Notes: a model not told the origin generated them from the letters alone. Positions 16,174-27,684 are shown, counted from the stretch's first letter. The stretch: 64,000 bases of DNA from Candidatus Scatosoma sp. (GCA_045124465.1 JBGVLV010000019.1:1054-65053); one strand, 5' to 3'. Numbers and translations are program-made.

Positions 16174-17355
16174 TTACAACAAACTGTCGATGAACTGTTC
16201 CGCGCACCGCGCCGAACGGTTGCCCTTTCTCAAAGCGAACGCCTCCGCCTTGACTTCGAGTTCCTTTCCGTCCGTCTGCAAGCCGTGCTTTTTGGCAAGC
16301 TCGCGCACGATCTCCAAATACAGATCTTTATTCGGCTTGGAGAACAGTACGACCAGCCCGAACCGTTCGGAAAGGGAGAGCGTTTCTTGCAGGGAGTCGT
16401 TTCTGTGTACGTCGTCGCCGTCGCGGTCGGAAAAGCTTTCCTTGATGATGTGCCGACGGTTGCTCGTCGCGTAGATGACCGCGTTCGCCGCTTTCGCGCT
16501 CGCCGAGCCTTCCAGCGCGGCTTTGAGCATACTGAAATTATCGTCGCTCTTATTGAACGCGAGATCGTCTATAAAGATGATGAATTTGAGCGGATTGCCG
16601 CTGATCTTGCCCATGACGTACGGCAGATAGCGGAGCTGGTCTTTCCGAAGTTCGATCAGCCGCACGCCCTCGTCGAAAAAGGCGTTCGCGACCGCTTTCA
16701 CCGTCGAGGACTTGCCCGTACCCGCGTCCCCGCAAAGCAGGACGTTCGCGGCGGGTCTGCCCTCCACGAACGCGCGCGTGTTCGCCACGACCTGACCGCG
16801 TTCTTCCTCGTAGCCGATGAAATCGTCCATACCGATCTTGTCGGCGCTGACGATGGGTTCTATCTCTTTCTCGTCGGAGAGTCGGAACATACCCCGCGAA
16901 GAGAAGATCCCGTAGCCGTATTTTTCTATCCCGCGCAAACGTTTCCGATACGCCGCGCCCATATCGAGAACTTGCGAATCGAACGCGGGCAGTTCGCTTT
17001 CCGCCGCGCCCATATCCGCCGCGAAATCGGCGCAGGTGAGCGCCGCGAACGCGGAGAAGTTATCGAGTTCCCGTTTCGCCGAACGTTCGATACACGCGGG
17101 CAGTTTCTCCCCGCGCGCCGCGCTCTTTACGTATACGTTCTCGTCCTCGGAGAGCAAACGCAGCACGAGCTTGGTCAGCGAGCCGCCGCCCTCGTAAACG
17201 TTCGCGACGAACGCCGCGTACGCGCCGCGCTTGTCCGTTTCTTCCGCCTTGCAATAGGCGACGAACGCGGAAAACAACGGTTTTTCCATCACGCCGAAAA
17301 AGACGCTCGTCAGTTCCAGCGCGTCGTAAATTTTCCGCAACTTGCTTTCGTTCAT
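16174..17355 (-). CDS. DUF815-type AAA ATPase of unknown function
   Basis: 393-aa ORF with Walker A (GDAGTGKSS) and Walker B (FIIFIDDL). The N-terminal 190 aa or so have no recognisable motif. It is embedded between leuB (19-nt gap) and ilvA (47-nt gap). Confidence 0.75.
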   Translation of the reverse strand: MNESKLRKIYDALELTSVFFGVMEKPLFSAFVAYCKAEETDKRGAYAAFVANVYEGGGSLTKLVLRLLSEDENVYVKSAARGEKLPACIERSAKRELDNFSAFAALTCADFAADMGAAESELPAFDSQVLDMGAAYRKRLRGIEKYGYGIFSSRGMFRLSDEKEIEPIVSADKIGMDDFIGYEEERGQVVANTRAFVEGRPAANVLLCGDAGTGKSSTVKAVANAFFDEGVRLIELRKDQLRYLPYVMGKISGNPLKFIIFIDDLAFNKSDDNFSMLKAALEGSASAKAANAVIYATSNRRHIIKESFSDRDGDDVHRNDSLQETLSLSERFGLVVLFSKPNKDLYLEIVRELAKKHGLQTDGKELEVKAEAFALRKGNRSARCAEQFIDSLL

Positions 17356-17374
17356 ACCGCTCGCCTCGTCACCT

Positions 17375-18445
17375 TCAAAGATTTTCCACGATCTTGTCCG
17401 TCATTTCCGCCGTGGACAGCGCCGCGCCGCCGCGCGACAAGTCCGCCGTACGGTAACCCGCGTTCAGAACTTTGTCCACCGCCGAAACGATCGCCTCCGA
17501 CGCCTCGACCTCGTCGAACGCGTACAAGAGCATCATCGCCGCCGAAAGCACGGTCGCGATCGGGTTCGCCTTGTTCTGTCCCGCAATATCGGGCGCGGAG
17601 CCGTGGATAGGCTCGTACAAACCGCGGGTATTGTCCGACAGCGACGCCGACGGCAGCATACCGATCGAACCCGTGATCTGCGACGCCTCGTCGGAGAGAA
17701 TATCGCCGAACATATTGCTCGTCACGATCACGTCGAATTGCGAGGGGTTCCGCACGAGCTGCATCGCCGCGTTATCCACGAGCATATCGCTCACTTCCAC
17801 GTCGGGATATTCCGCCGCGATCTCGTGTACGACCTTTCTCCAAAGACGGGAGGTTTCGAGCACGTTCGCCTTGTCGATACTCGTGAGCTTTTTACGGCGT
17901 TTTCTCGCCGTTTCGAACGCCACGCGCGCGATACGTTCTATCTCCATACGGCTATACGCCTCCGTATCGTACGCCTCTTCGCCGTACTTGCCCTCGCGAT
18001 ACCCCCGCTCGCCGAAATAGATACCGCCCGTCAGTTCGCGGACGATCATAATATCGAACCCGTTTTCGACGATATCCGCGCGGAGCGGACATTCGCCTTT
18101 GAGCGCGGGATAAAGTTTCGCGGGACGGAGGTTGGTGAACAGCCCCATCGCCGCGCGAATACCCAAGAGCGCCTTTTCGGGGCGCAACTCGCCGGGCAGC
18201 GTATCCCATTTCGGACCGCCCACCGCGCCGAGCAGAACGCTGTCGCTCGCAAGACAGCCCCGCACCGTTTCTTCGGGCAGGGGTTTGCCGCAAGCGTCTA
18301 TTGCCGCGCCGCCGATCAGATAGGGCGTAAACGTAAACCCTATCCCGTATTTTTCTCCGACCGCTTTCAGTACGCGCACCGCGCTGTCCACGATCTCGGG
18401 GCCGATACCGTCCCCGCGTAATAATCCGATTTTATAATTTTTCAT
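17375..18445 (-). CDS. leuB: 3-isopropylmalate dehydrogenase
   Basis: 356-aa ORF with the signature [12 protein letters not shown]. Confidence 0.95.
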   Translation of the reverse strand: MKNYKIGLLRGDGIGPEIVDSAVRVLKAVGEKYGIGFTFTPYLIGGAAIDACGKPLPEETVRGCLASDSVLLGAVGGPKWDTLPGELRPEKALLGIRAAMGLFTNLRPAKLYPALKGECPLRADIVENGFDIMIVRELTGGIYFGERGYREGKYGEEAYDTEAYSRMEIERIARVAFETARKRRKKLTSIDKANVLETSRLWRKVVHEIAAEYPDVEVSDMLVDNAAMQLVRNPSQFDVIVTSNMFGDILSDEASQITGSIGMLPSASLSDNTRGLYEPIHGSAPDIAGQNKANPIATVLSAAMMLLYAFDEVEASEAIVSAVDKVLNAGYRTADLSRGGAALSTAEMTDKIVENL

Positions 18446-18450
18446 AGCTT

Positions 18451-18945
18451 TTATTTTATGTTTCCATTCTGGATAGACTGCACCAGCCCCCCGTTCTCGA
18501 TGATCTTCTGAATAAACGCGGGGAAGGGCTGGGTCTTGAACGTTTTGCCCGTGGTCTTGTTGACGATCACGCCTTCGTCCAAATTCGCCTCGACGATATC
18601 CCCGTCCGAGATACCGTCCACCGCCTCGTCACATTCGACGATGGCAAGACCGATATTGATAGAGTTCCGATAGAAGATACGCGCGAAACTTCTCGCGATG
18701 ACGACGGAGATCCCGCTTTCCTTGATCGCGATGGGCGCGTGTTCGCGCGACGAGCCGCAACCGAAGTTGTTCCCCGCGACCATAATATCCCCGCTCTGCA
18801 CCTTGTTTTTGAACTCCTTGTCGATATCCTCCATACAATGGGAGGCAAGCTCCTTTTTGTCGATGGTGTTGAGATACCGCGCGGGAATGATGACGTCCGT
18901 GTCTACGTTGTCGCCGTATTTGATGGCTTTTCCGTTAAAAATCAT
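18451..18945 (-). CDS. leuD: 3-isopropylmalate dehydratase small subunit
   Basis: 164-aa ORF with [13 protein letters not shown]. Confidence 0.93.
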   Translation of the reverse strand: MIFNGKAIKYGDNVDTDVIIPARYLNTIDKKELASHCMEDIDKEFKNKVQSGDIMVAGNNFGCGSSREHAPIAIKESGISVVIARSFARIFYRNSINIGLAIVECDEAVDGISDGDIVEANLDEGVIVNKTTGKTFKTQPFPAFIQKIIENGGLVQSIQNGNIK

Positions 18946-18960
18946 ACCTTTGTTCCTTTT

Positions 18961-20220
18961 TTAAAGTTTGTTCGGGTCGGCGATCTTTCCCGCGACCGCG
19001 CTCGCCGCCGCTACCGCAGGCGACGAAAGATACACTTCCGATTTCACGTCGCCCATGCGCCCGACGAAGTTGCGGTTCGTCGTCGCGACCGCGCGTTCAC
19101 CCGCCGCGAGGATACCCATGTACCCGCCGAGACAAGGTCCGCAAGTGGGCGTGGAAACGACGCAGCCCGCCTCGATGAATATCTTCAAAAGCCCGTTTTC
19201 CATCGCTTTGAGATAAATATCCTGCGTAGCGGGAATGACGATCGCGCGCACGCGTTTCGCCACCTTTCTGCCCTTCAAGATCTCCGCCGCCTCCGCGAGG
19301 TCTTTATAGTGACCGTTGGTACACGAACCGATGACGACCTGATCGATCGCAATATCGCCGATCTCGTCGAACGTTTTCGTGTTTTCGGGCAGGTGCGGGA
19401 ACGCGACCGTCGAACGGATCGAGCCAAGGTCGATCTCGTACGTTTCGTCGTAGACCGCGTCCTCGTCCGCTTTGTAGGCGGTAAACGGACGGTCGGAGCG
19501 TTCTTTCACGTACGCCTCCGTCTGTTCGTCCACCTCGAAAATACCGTTCTTCGCGCCCGCCTCGATCGCCATATTCGAAATGGTCAGACGGTCGTATACG
19601 GTGAGCGATCGCACGCCCTCGCCGACGAATTCCATCGATTTATACAACGCGCCGTCCACACCGATCTTGCCGATGATATGCAAGATGACGTCCTTGCCCG
19701 ACACGTATTTGTTGAGTTTTCCTTTCAAGACGAATTTGATCGCGGAAGGCACTTTGAACCAAGCCTTGCCCGTCGCCATACCGCAAGCCATATCCGTCGA
19801 ACCCACGCCCGTCGAGAACGCGCCGAGCGCACCGTAGGTGCAGGTGTGCGAGTCCGCGCCGATGACGACGTCCCCGGGTACGACCAAGCCCTTTTCGGGG
19901 AGCAGAGCGTGTTCGATACCCATTCTGCCCACGTCGTAGAAGTTGGTCACTTCGTATTTGTCGCAAAAGTCGCGGCACATTTTGCATTGCACCGCCGCCT
20001 TGATGTCCTTGTTGGGCGCGAAATGGTCCATGACCATCGTCACCTTTTCTTTGTCGAAAACGTCCTTCGCGCCGATACGGTCGAACTCGCGAATGGCTAC
20101 GGGCGAAGTGATATCGTTGCCGAGTACCCGATCCACGTTCACCAAGATGAGCTGACCCGCCTCGACCTTTTCCAGTCCCGCGTGCGCCGCGAGAATTTTT
20201 TGCGTCATTGTCATTGACAT
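18961..20220 (-). CDS. leuC: 3-isopropylmalate dehydratase large subunit
   Basis: 419-aa ORF with the aconitase-family motifs GADSHT, IGSCTNG and the CGPCLG cluster ligands. Confidence 0.95.
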   Translation of the reverse strand: MSMTMTQKILAAHAGLEKVEAGQLILVNVDRVLGNDITSPVAIREFDRIGAKDVFDKEKVTMVMDHFAPNKDIKAAVQCKMCRDFCDKYEVTNFYDVGRMGIEHALLPEKGLVVPGDVVIGADSHTCTYGALGAFSTGVGSTDMACGMATGKAWFKVPSAIKFVLKGKLNKYVSGKDVILHIIGKIGVDGALYKSMEFVGEGVRSLTVYDRLTISNMAIEAGAKNGIFEVDEQTEAYVKERSDRPFTAYKADEDAVYDETYEIDLGSIRSTVAFPHLPENTKTFDEIGDIAIDQVVIGSCTNGHYKDLAEAAEILKGRKVAKRVRAIVIPATQDIYLKAMENGLLKIFIEAGCVVSTPTCGPCLGGYMGILAAGERAVATTNRNFVGRMGDVKSEVYLSSPAVAAASAVAGKIADPNKL

Positions 20221-20238
20221 AGTTTTGCCGTTCCTTTT

Positions 20239-21897
20239 TTACTTATTGATGATCGCGCCTTTGTCCGCGGAGCTTACCTGCGCCGCGTATCTCTTCAAAT
20301 ACCCGCTCACTTCCTTGCGCTTTATGGGCATTTCTTTCTTGCGCTTTGCAAGCTCTTCGTCGGACACATGCAGGGTAATGCTGTAATTCGGTATATCGAT
20401 GGAAATAATATCTCCGTCCTTTACGTACGCGATCGCGCCGCCCGATACCGCCTCGGGGGAAACGTGACCGATCGACGCCCCGCGCGTCGCGCCCGAGAAC
20501 CGACCGTCGGTGATGAGCGCCACGTCCTTGTCAAGCCCCATACCCGCGATCGCGGAGGTCGGCGAAAGCATTTCGCGCATACCCGGTCCGCCCGAAGGTC
20601 CTTCGTAACGGATCACGACTACGTCGCCCTTGACGATCTTGCCCGCGTAGATCGCGGCGATCGCCTCTTCCTCGCTCTCGTAGACTTTGGCGGGACCTTC
20701 GTGCACTAGCATTTCCGGCGCGACCGCCGCCCGCTTGACCACGCACCCGTCGGGCGCGAGATTGCCTTTAAGCACCGCGATACCGCCCGTTTTGCCAAAC
20801 GGGTTTTCGGGCGTACGAATGACCGTTTCGTCCGTGTTCTGCGCCGCCGCGATATTCTCGCCCAACGTCTTGCCCGTGCAGGTCATCACGCCCGTATCGA
20901 GCAGACCGAGTTTGTCGAGTTCTTTCAAAACGGCGTACACGCCGCCCGCCTCGTTGAGATCTTCCATATACGTAGGACCTGCGGGCGCAAGGTGGCAAAG
21001 GTTGGGGGTCTTTTCGCTGATCCTGTTCACCTCGTCGAGATCGAAAGGCACGCCGCACTCGTTCGCGATCGCGGGCAAATGCAACATACTGTTCGTCGAA
21101 CAGCCGAGCGCCATGTCCGCGGTGACTGCGTTTCTGATCGCCGCCGCCGTCATAATATCGCGGGGACGGATATTCTTCTTGATAAGCTCCATCACCTGCA
21201 TACCCGCGTGCTTGGCAAGCTCGATACGCGCGGAATATACCGCGGGGATCGTGCCGTTGCCCTGCAAGCCCATACCGAGTACCTCGGTCAGACAGTTCAT
21301 CGAATTCGCGGTGTACATACCCGAACACGAACCGCAGGTGGGGCAGACCTTCTTTTCGAATTCGGTCAAGCCCGCCTCGTCGATCTTGCCCGCCGTGTAC
21401 GCGCCGACCGCCTCGAACATACTCGAAAGGGAACGTTTCTTGCCGCCCACTCTGCCCGCGAGCATAGGTCCGCCGCTGACGAATACGGTGGGGATATTCA
21501 GTCTTGCCGCCGCCATCAAAAGTCCGGGAACGTTCTTGTCGCAGTTGGGGATCATCACCAACCCGTCGAACCCGTGCGCCCGCACCATCGCCTCCGTGGA
21601 GTCGGCGATAAGATCGCGGGTGACGAGGGAATATTTCATACCCGTATGCCCCATGGCGATACCGTCGCAAACGGTGATCGCGGGGAACATGATGGGCGTA
21701 CCGCCCGCCATCGCCACGCCGAGTTTTACCGCTTGCGCGATCTTGTCGAGATTCATATGTCCCGGCACGATCTCGTTATACGAACAGACGACGCCGATAA
21801 GCGGGCGAGCCTGTTCCTCTTCCGTCAGTCCCAACGCGTGATAGAGCGATCTATGCGGCGCGTTCTGAAATCCGTTGACAATCGTATCTTTGATCAT
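20239..21897 (-). CDS. ilvD: Dihydroxy-acid dehydratase
   Basis: The track ORF begins at a TTG. I moved the start to the ATG at 21897 (MIKDTIVNG), which has SD AAAGGA 3-4 nt upstream. Motifs CDKNVPG and [17 protein letters not shown] are present. Confidence 0.95.
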   Translation of the reverse strand: MIKDTIVNGFQNAPHRSLYHALGLTEEEQARPLIGVVCSYNEIVPGHMNLDKIAQAVKLGVAMAGGTPIMFPAITVCDGIAMGHTGMKYSLVTRDLIADSTEAMVRAHGFDGLVMIPNCDKNVPGLLMAAARLNIPTVFVSGGPMLAGRVGGKKRSLSSMFEAVGAYTAGKIDEAGLTEFEKKVCPTCGSCSGMYTANSMNCLTEVLGMGLQGNGTIPAVYSARIELAKHAGMQVMELIKKNIRPRDIMTAAAIRNAVTADMALGCSTNSMLHLPAIANECGVPFDLDEVNRISEKTPNLCHLAPAGPTYMEDLNEAGGVYAVLKELDKLGLLDTGVMTCTGKTLGENIAAAQNTDETVIRTPENPFGKTGGIAVLKGNLAPDGCVVKRAAVAPEMLVHEGPAKVYESEEEAIAAIYAGKIVKGDVVVIRYEGPSGGPGMREMLSPTSAIAGMGLDKDVALITDGRFSGATRGASIGHVSPEAVSGGAIAYVKDGDIISIDIPNYSITLHVSDEELAKRKKEMPIKRKEVSGYLKRYAAQVSSADKGAIINK

Positions 21898-21920
21898 AGT
21901 CCTTTCACCTTGCAAACAAA

Positions 21921-21959
21921 CGCGCGCCCTCGGCGGCGGAAAGCCCCGCCGCCGCGCGC
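21921..21959 (-). terminator. GC-rich hairpin plus T-rich tail between ilvC and ilvD (possible partial terminator or processing site inside the operon)
   Basis: Read on the twin at 46736-46774: GCGCGCGGCGGCGG-ggctttcc... pairs with CCGCCGCC(gagg)GCGCGC, followed by TTTGTTTG. Confidence 0.35.
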
Positions 21960-21977
21960 ACGAAATACCGTTTTTTC

Positions 21978-23021
<1,044 letters not shown>

Positions 23022-23028
23022 TTATTTT

Positions 23029-23529
23029 TTATTTCGAAAAGAGCGTCGTTACGCCTCTATCCAAAGCCACGATACCCGTACGGCACATTTCGAGAATACC
23101 GAACGGTTGCATAAGTTTTACGAACGCGTCGATCTTGGAGGGGTTGCCCGTCACCTCGATACACATTCCTTCGGGCGAATAATCGATGACGCTCGCGCGG
23201 AACACGTCCACCGCCGTCATAATATCGCTCCTGTTCTCCGATCTGTTCTGCACCTTGATGAGCATAAGCTCCCGCTTGATCGGTTCGTCTTCGAGTACTT
23301 CCACTTTCTTCACGACCATAAGCTTACGGAGCTGGTTGACGAGCTGTTCTTTTACGTACGCGTCGCCGCTCATACAAATGGTGATACGGGAATATTCGCT
23401 GCGCTCCGTTTCGCCCACGGTGAGCGTATCGATATTGAACCCGCGCCGCGTGAACATACCCGTCACTCTCGTCAGAACGCCCGCCTTGTTCTCTACGTAC
23501 ACGGCTATTACGAATTTTTTGTTTTCCAT
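23029..23529 (-). CDS. ilvN: Acetolactate synthase small (regulatory) subunit
   Basis: 166-aa ORF with an ACT domain (VENKAGVLTRVTGMFTRRGFNI). Confidence 0.93.
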   Translation of the reverse strand: MENKKFVIAVYVENKAGVLTRVTGMFTRRGFNIDTLTVGETERSEYSRITICMSGDAYVKEQLVNQLRKLMVVKKVEVLEDEPIKRELMLIKVQNRSENRSDIMTAVDVFRASVIDYSPEGMCIEVTGNPSKIDAFVKLMQPFGILEMCRTGIVALDRGVTTLFSK

Positions 23530-23569
23530 ATTTTTTTCTCCTTGTTTCAGATTGAATGAGATGATTTCC

Positions 23570-23826
23570 CGTCGAATTTAGATACAGTACGCCACTCGTC
23601 GAATTTAGATACAGTACGCCGCCCGTCGAACGGTTTAGATACGAGCAAGACGAGGAGAACGCGGATTTCCCGACGCGAGATTCCCGCTCACTCGTCGAAT
23701 TTAGATACAGTACGCCACTCGTCGAAGTTCGATCCAGTACGCCACTCGTCGAAGTTCGATCCAGTACGCCACTCGTCGAAAGGCTTAGATACGAGTAAGA
23801 CGAGGAGAACGCGGATTTTCCGACGG
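23570..23826. repeat. Tandem array of 27-nt units interleaved with two copies of a roughly 53-nt unit, in the 369-nt ilvB-ilvN spacer
   Basis: The 27-mers begin at 23570, 23597, 23693, 23720 and 23747 (CGTCGAATTTAGATACAGTACGCCACT and the variant CGTCGAAGTTCGATCCAGTACGCCACT). The longer units are at 23624-23676 and 23774-23826 (CGTCGAA.GG.TTAGATACGAG.AAGACGAGGAGAACGCGGATTT.CCGACG). The organisation is A A B A A' A' B'. Confidence 0.9.
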
Positions 23827-23898
23827 GAGCGTACTTGTGCGTACGTGACCGAGGGAAAACGCAAGTTCGACGAAGTATTGCGACGTATATAAAGCGTT

Positions 23899-25575
23899 CT
23901 AAACTTTTGTGATAATGTCGTCGATGGCTCCGCCGGGCGGCAACATCGGCAATACGAATTCGTCCTTGTCGATACGCGTATCGATGACCACGGGTCTGCC
24001 TGAGGTCAACGCTTTGTCGAACGCCTGCCTGAACTCTACGGGCGTTTCCGCAAGATACCCTTCCGCGCCGAACGCTTTGGCGAGCGCGACGAAATCCGTC
24101 TTTCTGTCGAGTACCGTGTTCGAATACCGTTTCCCGAAGAACAACGTCTGCCATTGTCTTACCATACCCAACACGCCGTTGTTCATCAGTACGATGACGA
24201 CGGGCAGTTTATAGGTCACGGCGGTCGCCAGCTCGTTGAGGTTCATACCGAAACTTCCGTCGCCCGTGATCAACACTACGGGATCTTTGGTCGCTACGTA
24301 CGCGCCCATCGCCGCGCCAAGCCCGAATCCCATCGTTCCCAGACCGCCGCTCGATACGAACCGACGGGGACCGTCGAAGGTCGCGTATTGCGCCGCCCAC
24401 ATTTGGTGCTGACCGACGTCGGTCGCGATGATGGTCTTTGCGGGTTTGTCGGCGTTGATGATCTCGAACACCTGTTTGGGCGTGAGCGAGGCTTTGTTCT
24501 CCGCCGCGATCTCGTCCTCGAACGCGTTCTCCTCCGCTTTGAGCTTTCGTACTTGGTCTATCCATTCGGGGTTGCTCTTGGGCGCGCACTTTTCCGCGAT
24601 ACGCTTGAACGCGTCCTCCACGTCGCCGACCAGACCGAGGTCTACGCGCACGTTCTTGTTGATCTCCGCGCAATCGGGGTCGAGTTGAACGATCTTGCTC
24701 TTTTTCGCAAACTTCGCGATATTGCCCGTCGCGCGGTCGGAGAACCGCACGCCGACGGCAAGGATAAGGTCGGATTCGTTCTGCGCCATCGAGGACGCGT
24801 AATGTCCGTGCATACCCTGCATACCGAGGAAACGTTCGCTGTCGTTCGGGATCGCCGAAAGGCCCATAAACGAACAGCCGACGACCGCGTCGATCTTATT
24901 CGCGAACTCGACGATCTCTTTGCCCATGCCGAGTCCCGCCGCGCCGCCGCCGATATAGATATACGGGCGTTTCGCGCCGTTGACGAGCGCCGCCGCCTGC
25001 TCGATGAGTTCTTCTTTCACCTTGGGCAAAGGCATTTTCTCCACGACGGGCTTTTCCTCGTATTCATAGGTCGCCTGTTGCACGTTCTTGGGAATATCGA
25101 CGAGTACGGGACCGGGTCTGCCCGACTTCGCGATGAGGAACGCCTCGCGCAAAATATCCGCAAGCTCCTCTATCTTGGTAACGAAATAGTTGTGTTTGGT
25201 GATGGGCAGGGTAACGCCCGTAATGTCGACTTCCTGGAAACTGTCCTTGCCGATGAGCGAGCAAGGCACGTTACCCGTGATCGCGACGAGGGGAATGGAG
25301 TCGAGCATAGCCGTCGCGATACCCGTGACGAGGTTGGTCGCGCCCGGACCGCTCGTGGCGATACATACGCCGACCTTGCCCGTCGCGCGGGAATATCCGT
25401 CCGCCGCGTGCGACGCGCCCTGTTCGTGCGCCGTCAATACGTGGTTTATCTTGTCTTTATATTCGTACAGCGCGTCGTAAATGTTGATGACCTGCCCTCC
25501 GGGATAGCCGAACACGTCGGTCACGCCCTGTTCGATGAGGGTCCTTATTAAGATCTGTGCGCCTGTCAATTTCAT
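23899..25575 (-). CDS. ilvB: Acetolactate synthase large (catalytic) subunit
   Basis: 558-aa ORF with a ThDP-binding motif (GDGSFGMNLNELAT...NNG) and an N-terminal GYPGG. Confidence 0.96.
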   Translation of the reverse strand: MKLTGAQILIRTLIEQGVTDVFGYPGGQVINIYDALYEYKDKINHVLTAHEQGASHAADGYSRATGKVGVCIATSGPGATNLVTGIATAMLDSIPLVAITGNVPCSLIGKDSFQEVDITGVTLPITKHNYFVTKIEELADILREAFLIAKSGRPGPVLVDIPKNVQQATYEYEEKPVVEKMPLPKVKEELIEQAAALVNGAKRPYIYIGGGAAGLGMGKEIVEFANKIDAVVGCSFMGLSAIPNDSERFLGMQGMHGHYASSMAQNESDLILAVGVRFSDRATGNIAKFAKKSKIVQLDPDCAEINKNVRVDLGLVGDVEDAFKRIAEKCAPKSNPEWIDQVRKLKAEENAFEDEIAAENKASLTPKQVFEIINADKPAKTIIATDVGQHQMWAAQYATFDGPRRFVSSGGLGTMGFGLGAAMGAYVATKDPVVLITGDGSFGMNLNELATAVTYKLPVVIVLMNNGVLGMVRQWQTLFFGKRYSNTVLDRKTDFVALAKAFGAEGYLAETPVEFRQAFDKALTSGRPVVIDTRIDKDEFVLPMLPPGGAIDDIITKV

Positions 25576-25596
25576 AGATTTCTCTCCTTTACTCTT

Positions 25597-27261
25597 TTAC
25601 TCGTTTAACATACGGTTGACTGCGGAAACGAGGGCTTTGACGGACGAAGTCATAATGTCCGTGTGGATACCCGCTCCCCAGTACGGCTTGCCGTCCGATA
25701 CGATACAAACGTACGAGGCGGCTTGGGAGGTGGAACGTTCTTCGAGCGCGTGTTCCACGTAGTTTTCAAGCACGTATTCCCTGCCCGTGACCCGCTTGAT
25801 CGCGCTGCTCACGCAGTCGAGTCTGCCGTTGCCCTCCACTTCCACCGTGGAGGCTTTGCCGTTGTACTCGATGACGACCCTGCCTTTCATCTTCTCCGCC
25901 GACAGATCGTCGTAACCCGCCTCCAAAACGTTTATCGTTTCGTGCAGGTTCACGAAATCGCGCAGGAAAATGTCGTAGACCTCTTTCGCCGCAAGCTCTC
26001 TGTGTTCGTGGTCGGAAATGCTCTTTACGTGATAGCCGAACTGTTCGCGCATCTTCGCGGGCAAAACGAGTTTGAACTGCGTTTCGAGGATATAGCCGAT
26101 CCCGCCCTTACCCGATTGCGAATTGATACGGATCACGTCCGCCTCGTACACCCTGCCCACGTCCGCGGGGTCGATGGGAAGATAGGGAACGGTCCACGTA
26201 TCCGCGTCCTTTTCCACGCGGTATTTCATACCCTTTGCGATCGCGTCCTGATGCGAACCGGAGAACGCCGCGAACACGAGCTGACCGCTGTACGGCTGGC
26301 GTTCGCCCACCTTCATTCTCGTCACCCGTTCGTATACCCGCGTGATCGAGGGAAGATCGGAAAAGTCGAGTTTGGGATCGACGCCCTGCGAGAACATATT
26401 CAGCGCAAGCGTTACGACGTCCACGTTCCCCGTGCGTTCGCCGTTGCCAAAAAGGGTCCCTTCGATACGGTCGCCGCCCGCGAGCAGACCCATTTCGCTG
26501 TCCGCCACCGCGCAGCCGCGGTCGTTATGCGGGTGCAGGGATACGATCACGTTTTCCCGTCCGCGTAAGTTCTTGCACATATACTCCACTTGGTTCGCGT
26601 ACACGTGGGGCATGGAATTTTCCACGGTCACGGGCAGGTTGATGATCGCCTTATCCTCCGCCGTCGGCTGCCAAACGTCCAAGACGGCGTTGCAGATCTC
26701 CGCCGCGAACTCGGGTTCGGTACCCGTAAAGCTTTCGGGGGAGTACTCGAACGTGATCTTGCCGTCCGCCTTTTCGCGGTATTCCTTGCAAAGTTTCGCG
26801 CCCGTCACGGCGATGTCGATAATTTCTTTTTTATCCCGTTTAAAGACCTGTTCCCGTTGCGCTTTGGACGTGGAATTATACAAATGTACGATCGCGCGTT
26901 TCGCGCCTTTGAGCGCCTCGAACGTTTTCGCGATGATATGTTCGCGGGACTGGGTGAGGACTTGTATCGTCACGTCGTCGGGGATAAGGTCGCGTTCGAT
27001 GAGCGCGCGGCAGAATTCGTATTCCGTTTCGCTCGCCGCGGGGAATCCCACTTCTATTTCCTTAAAACCGATCTTGCAGATAAGCCGGAAAAATTCGAGT
27101 TTTTCCTCCAAGCTCATGGGAATAATGAGCGCCTGATTTCCGTCGCGAAGATCGACGCTGCACCAAACGGGCGGTTTTTCGATCGCCGACTTTTTCGTCC
27201 AGTCCATCGTCACGCCCTGCGGTTCGAAATATTGTTTTATGTATTTTTGACTGTTCTTCAT
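25597..27261 (-). CDS. leuA: 2-isopropylmalate synthase (long, LeuA type 2 form)
   Basis: I moved the start to the ATG at 27261 (MKNSQKYIKQ), which has SD GAGGAG 4 nt upstream. The upstream part of track ORF 25597..27375 overlaps the T-box terminator. Motifs DLRDGNQ and HPHNDRG are present. Confidence 0.94.
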   Translation of the reverse strand: MKNSQKYIKQYFEPQGVTMDWTKKSAIEKPPVWCSVDLRDGNQALIIPMSLEEKLEFFRLICKIGFKEIEVGFPAASETEYEFCRALIERDLIPDDVTIQVLTQSREHIIAKTFEALKGAKRAIVHLYNSTSKAQREQVFKRDKKEIIDIAVTGAKLCKEYREKADGKITFEYSPESFTGTEPEFAAEICNAVLDVWQPTAEDKAIINLPVTVENSMPHVYANQVEYMCKNLRGRENVIVSLHPHNDRGCAVADSEMGLLAGGDRIEGTLFGNGERTGNVDVVTLALNMFSQGVDPKLDFSDLPSITRVYERVTRMKVGERQPYSGQLVFAAFSGSHQDAIAKGMKYRVEKDADTWTVPYLPIDPADVGRVYEADVIRINSQSGKGGIGYILETQFKLVLPAKMREQFGYHVKSISDHEHRELAAKEVYDIFLRDFVNLHETINVLEAGYDDLSAEKMKGRVVIEYNGKASTVEVEGNGRLDCVSSAIKRVTGREYVLENYVEHALEERSTSQAASYVCIVSDGKPYWGAGIHTDIMTSSVKALVSAVNRMLNE

Positions 27262-27280
27262 AAACTCCTCGCTCGCGATG

Positions 27281-27570
27281 ATAAAAATAATCTCTTTTAC
27301 GCGCTGAAAACGCATAAAAGAGACGAAGTTTTTTACTCTCCGCGGTACCACTCTGTTTGACGGTCGCCCGTCCACTCGTGTCTTTGAAAGACTTTCCCTT
27401 TAACGGAGGATCCCGTCCGAATCTACTTGGCGTTTTTTACGCGGTTCTCTCGGCGGCTCGGGGAGGAGCTATCTTCCGCCGTCCGTATTGACTCGCACCT
27501 GCCGTCAACTCTCTGAAAATCGGATCTGGAGCGGATTTCTTTCCCGTCGTTGCCTTTAAAATTTATAGTT
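27281..27570 (-). promoter_or_regulatory. T-box leader (tRNA-sensing riboswitch) of the leuA-ilv-leu operon
   Basis: Read on the twin at 41125-41414. It has an AG-bulge-like AGAGAG, and a short helix TTGAC/GTCAA capped by the distal-loop-like GGCAGGUGCGA. The T-box sequence AGAGUGGUACCGCGG is at 41341-41355. The terminator UCUCUUUUAUGC / GCGUAAAAGAGA (41372-41404) is followed by UUAUUUUUAU. I could not assign the specifier codon by hand. Confidence 0.8.
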
Positions 27571-27576
27571 GTATCT

Positions 27577-27627
27577 ATTTTATAACAATTTCCCCTTTTT
27601 GTCAAGGGAGTACTGCCACTTTTTTTT
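27577..27627 (-). promoter_or_regulatory. Candidate sigma-A promoter of the T-box/leuA operon, preceded by an A-tract plus GTGGCAGT element
   Basis: Read on the twin: A8 (41068-41075), GTGGCAGT (41076-41083), 6 nt, TTGACA (41090-41095), a 17-nt spacer, then TAAAAT (41113-41118). Confidence 0.5.
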
Positions 27628-27684
27628 GGGTTTTTCGGGAAAAATTTGTTATTTTCTCCGAAATTCCTCTCCGCTCCGCGGTTT

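Noticed and set aside
23570-23826. The possibility that the 27-nt repeats are a CRISPR array.
   Set aside because: The repeats are directly adjacent, with no unique spacers between them. There are no cas genes in the window, and the array lies inside an operon.
23324-24154. A 276-aa ORF running through the 27-nt repeat array and giving a repetitive STSGVLDRT/STSGVLYLN peptide, with its twin at 44541..45371.
   Set aside because: It overlaps both ilvB and ilvN out of frame, has no SD, and its repetitiveness merely reflects 27 nt being 9 codons. I treat it as non-coding.
27262-27375. An N-terminal extension of the leuA ORF (MDGRPSNRVVPRR...) as given in the ORF track, and its twin at 41320..41433.
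   Set aside because: The extension begins at a non-ATG codon and overlaps the T-box sequence and its terminator. A strong SD (GAGGAG) precedes the internal ATG at 27261/41434, which gives a normal LeuA N-terminus.
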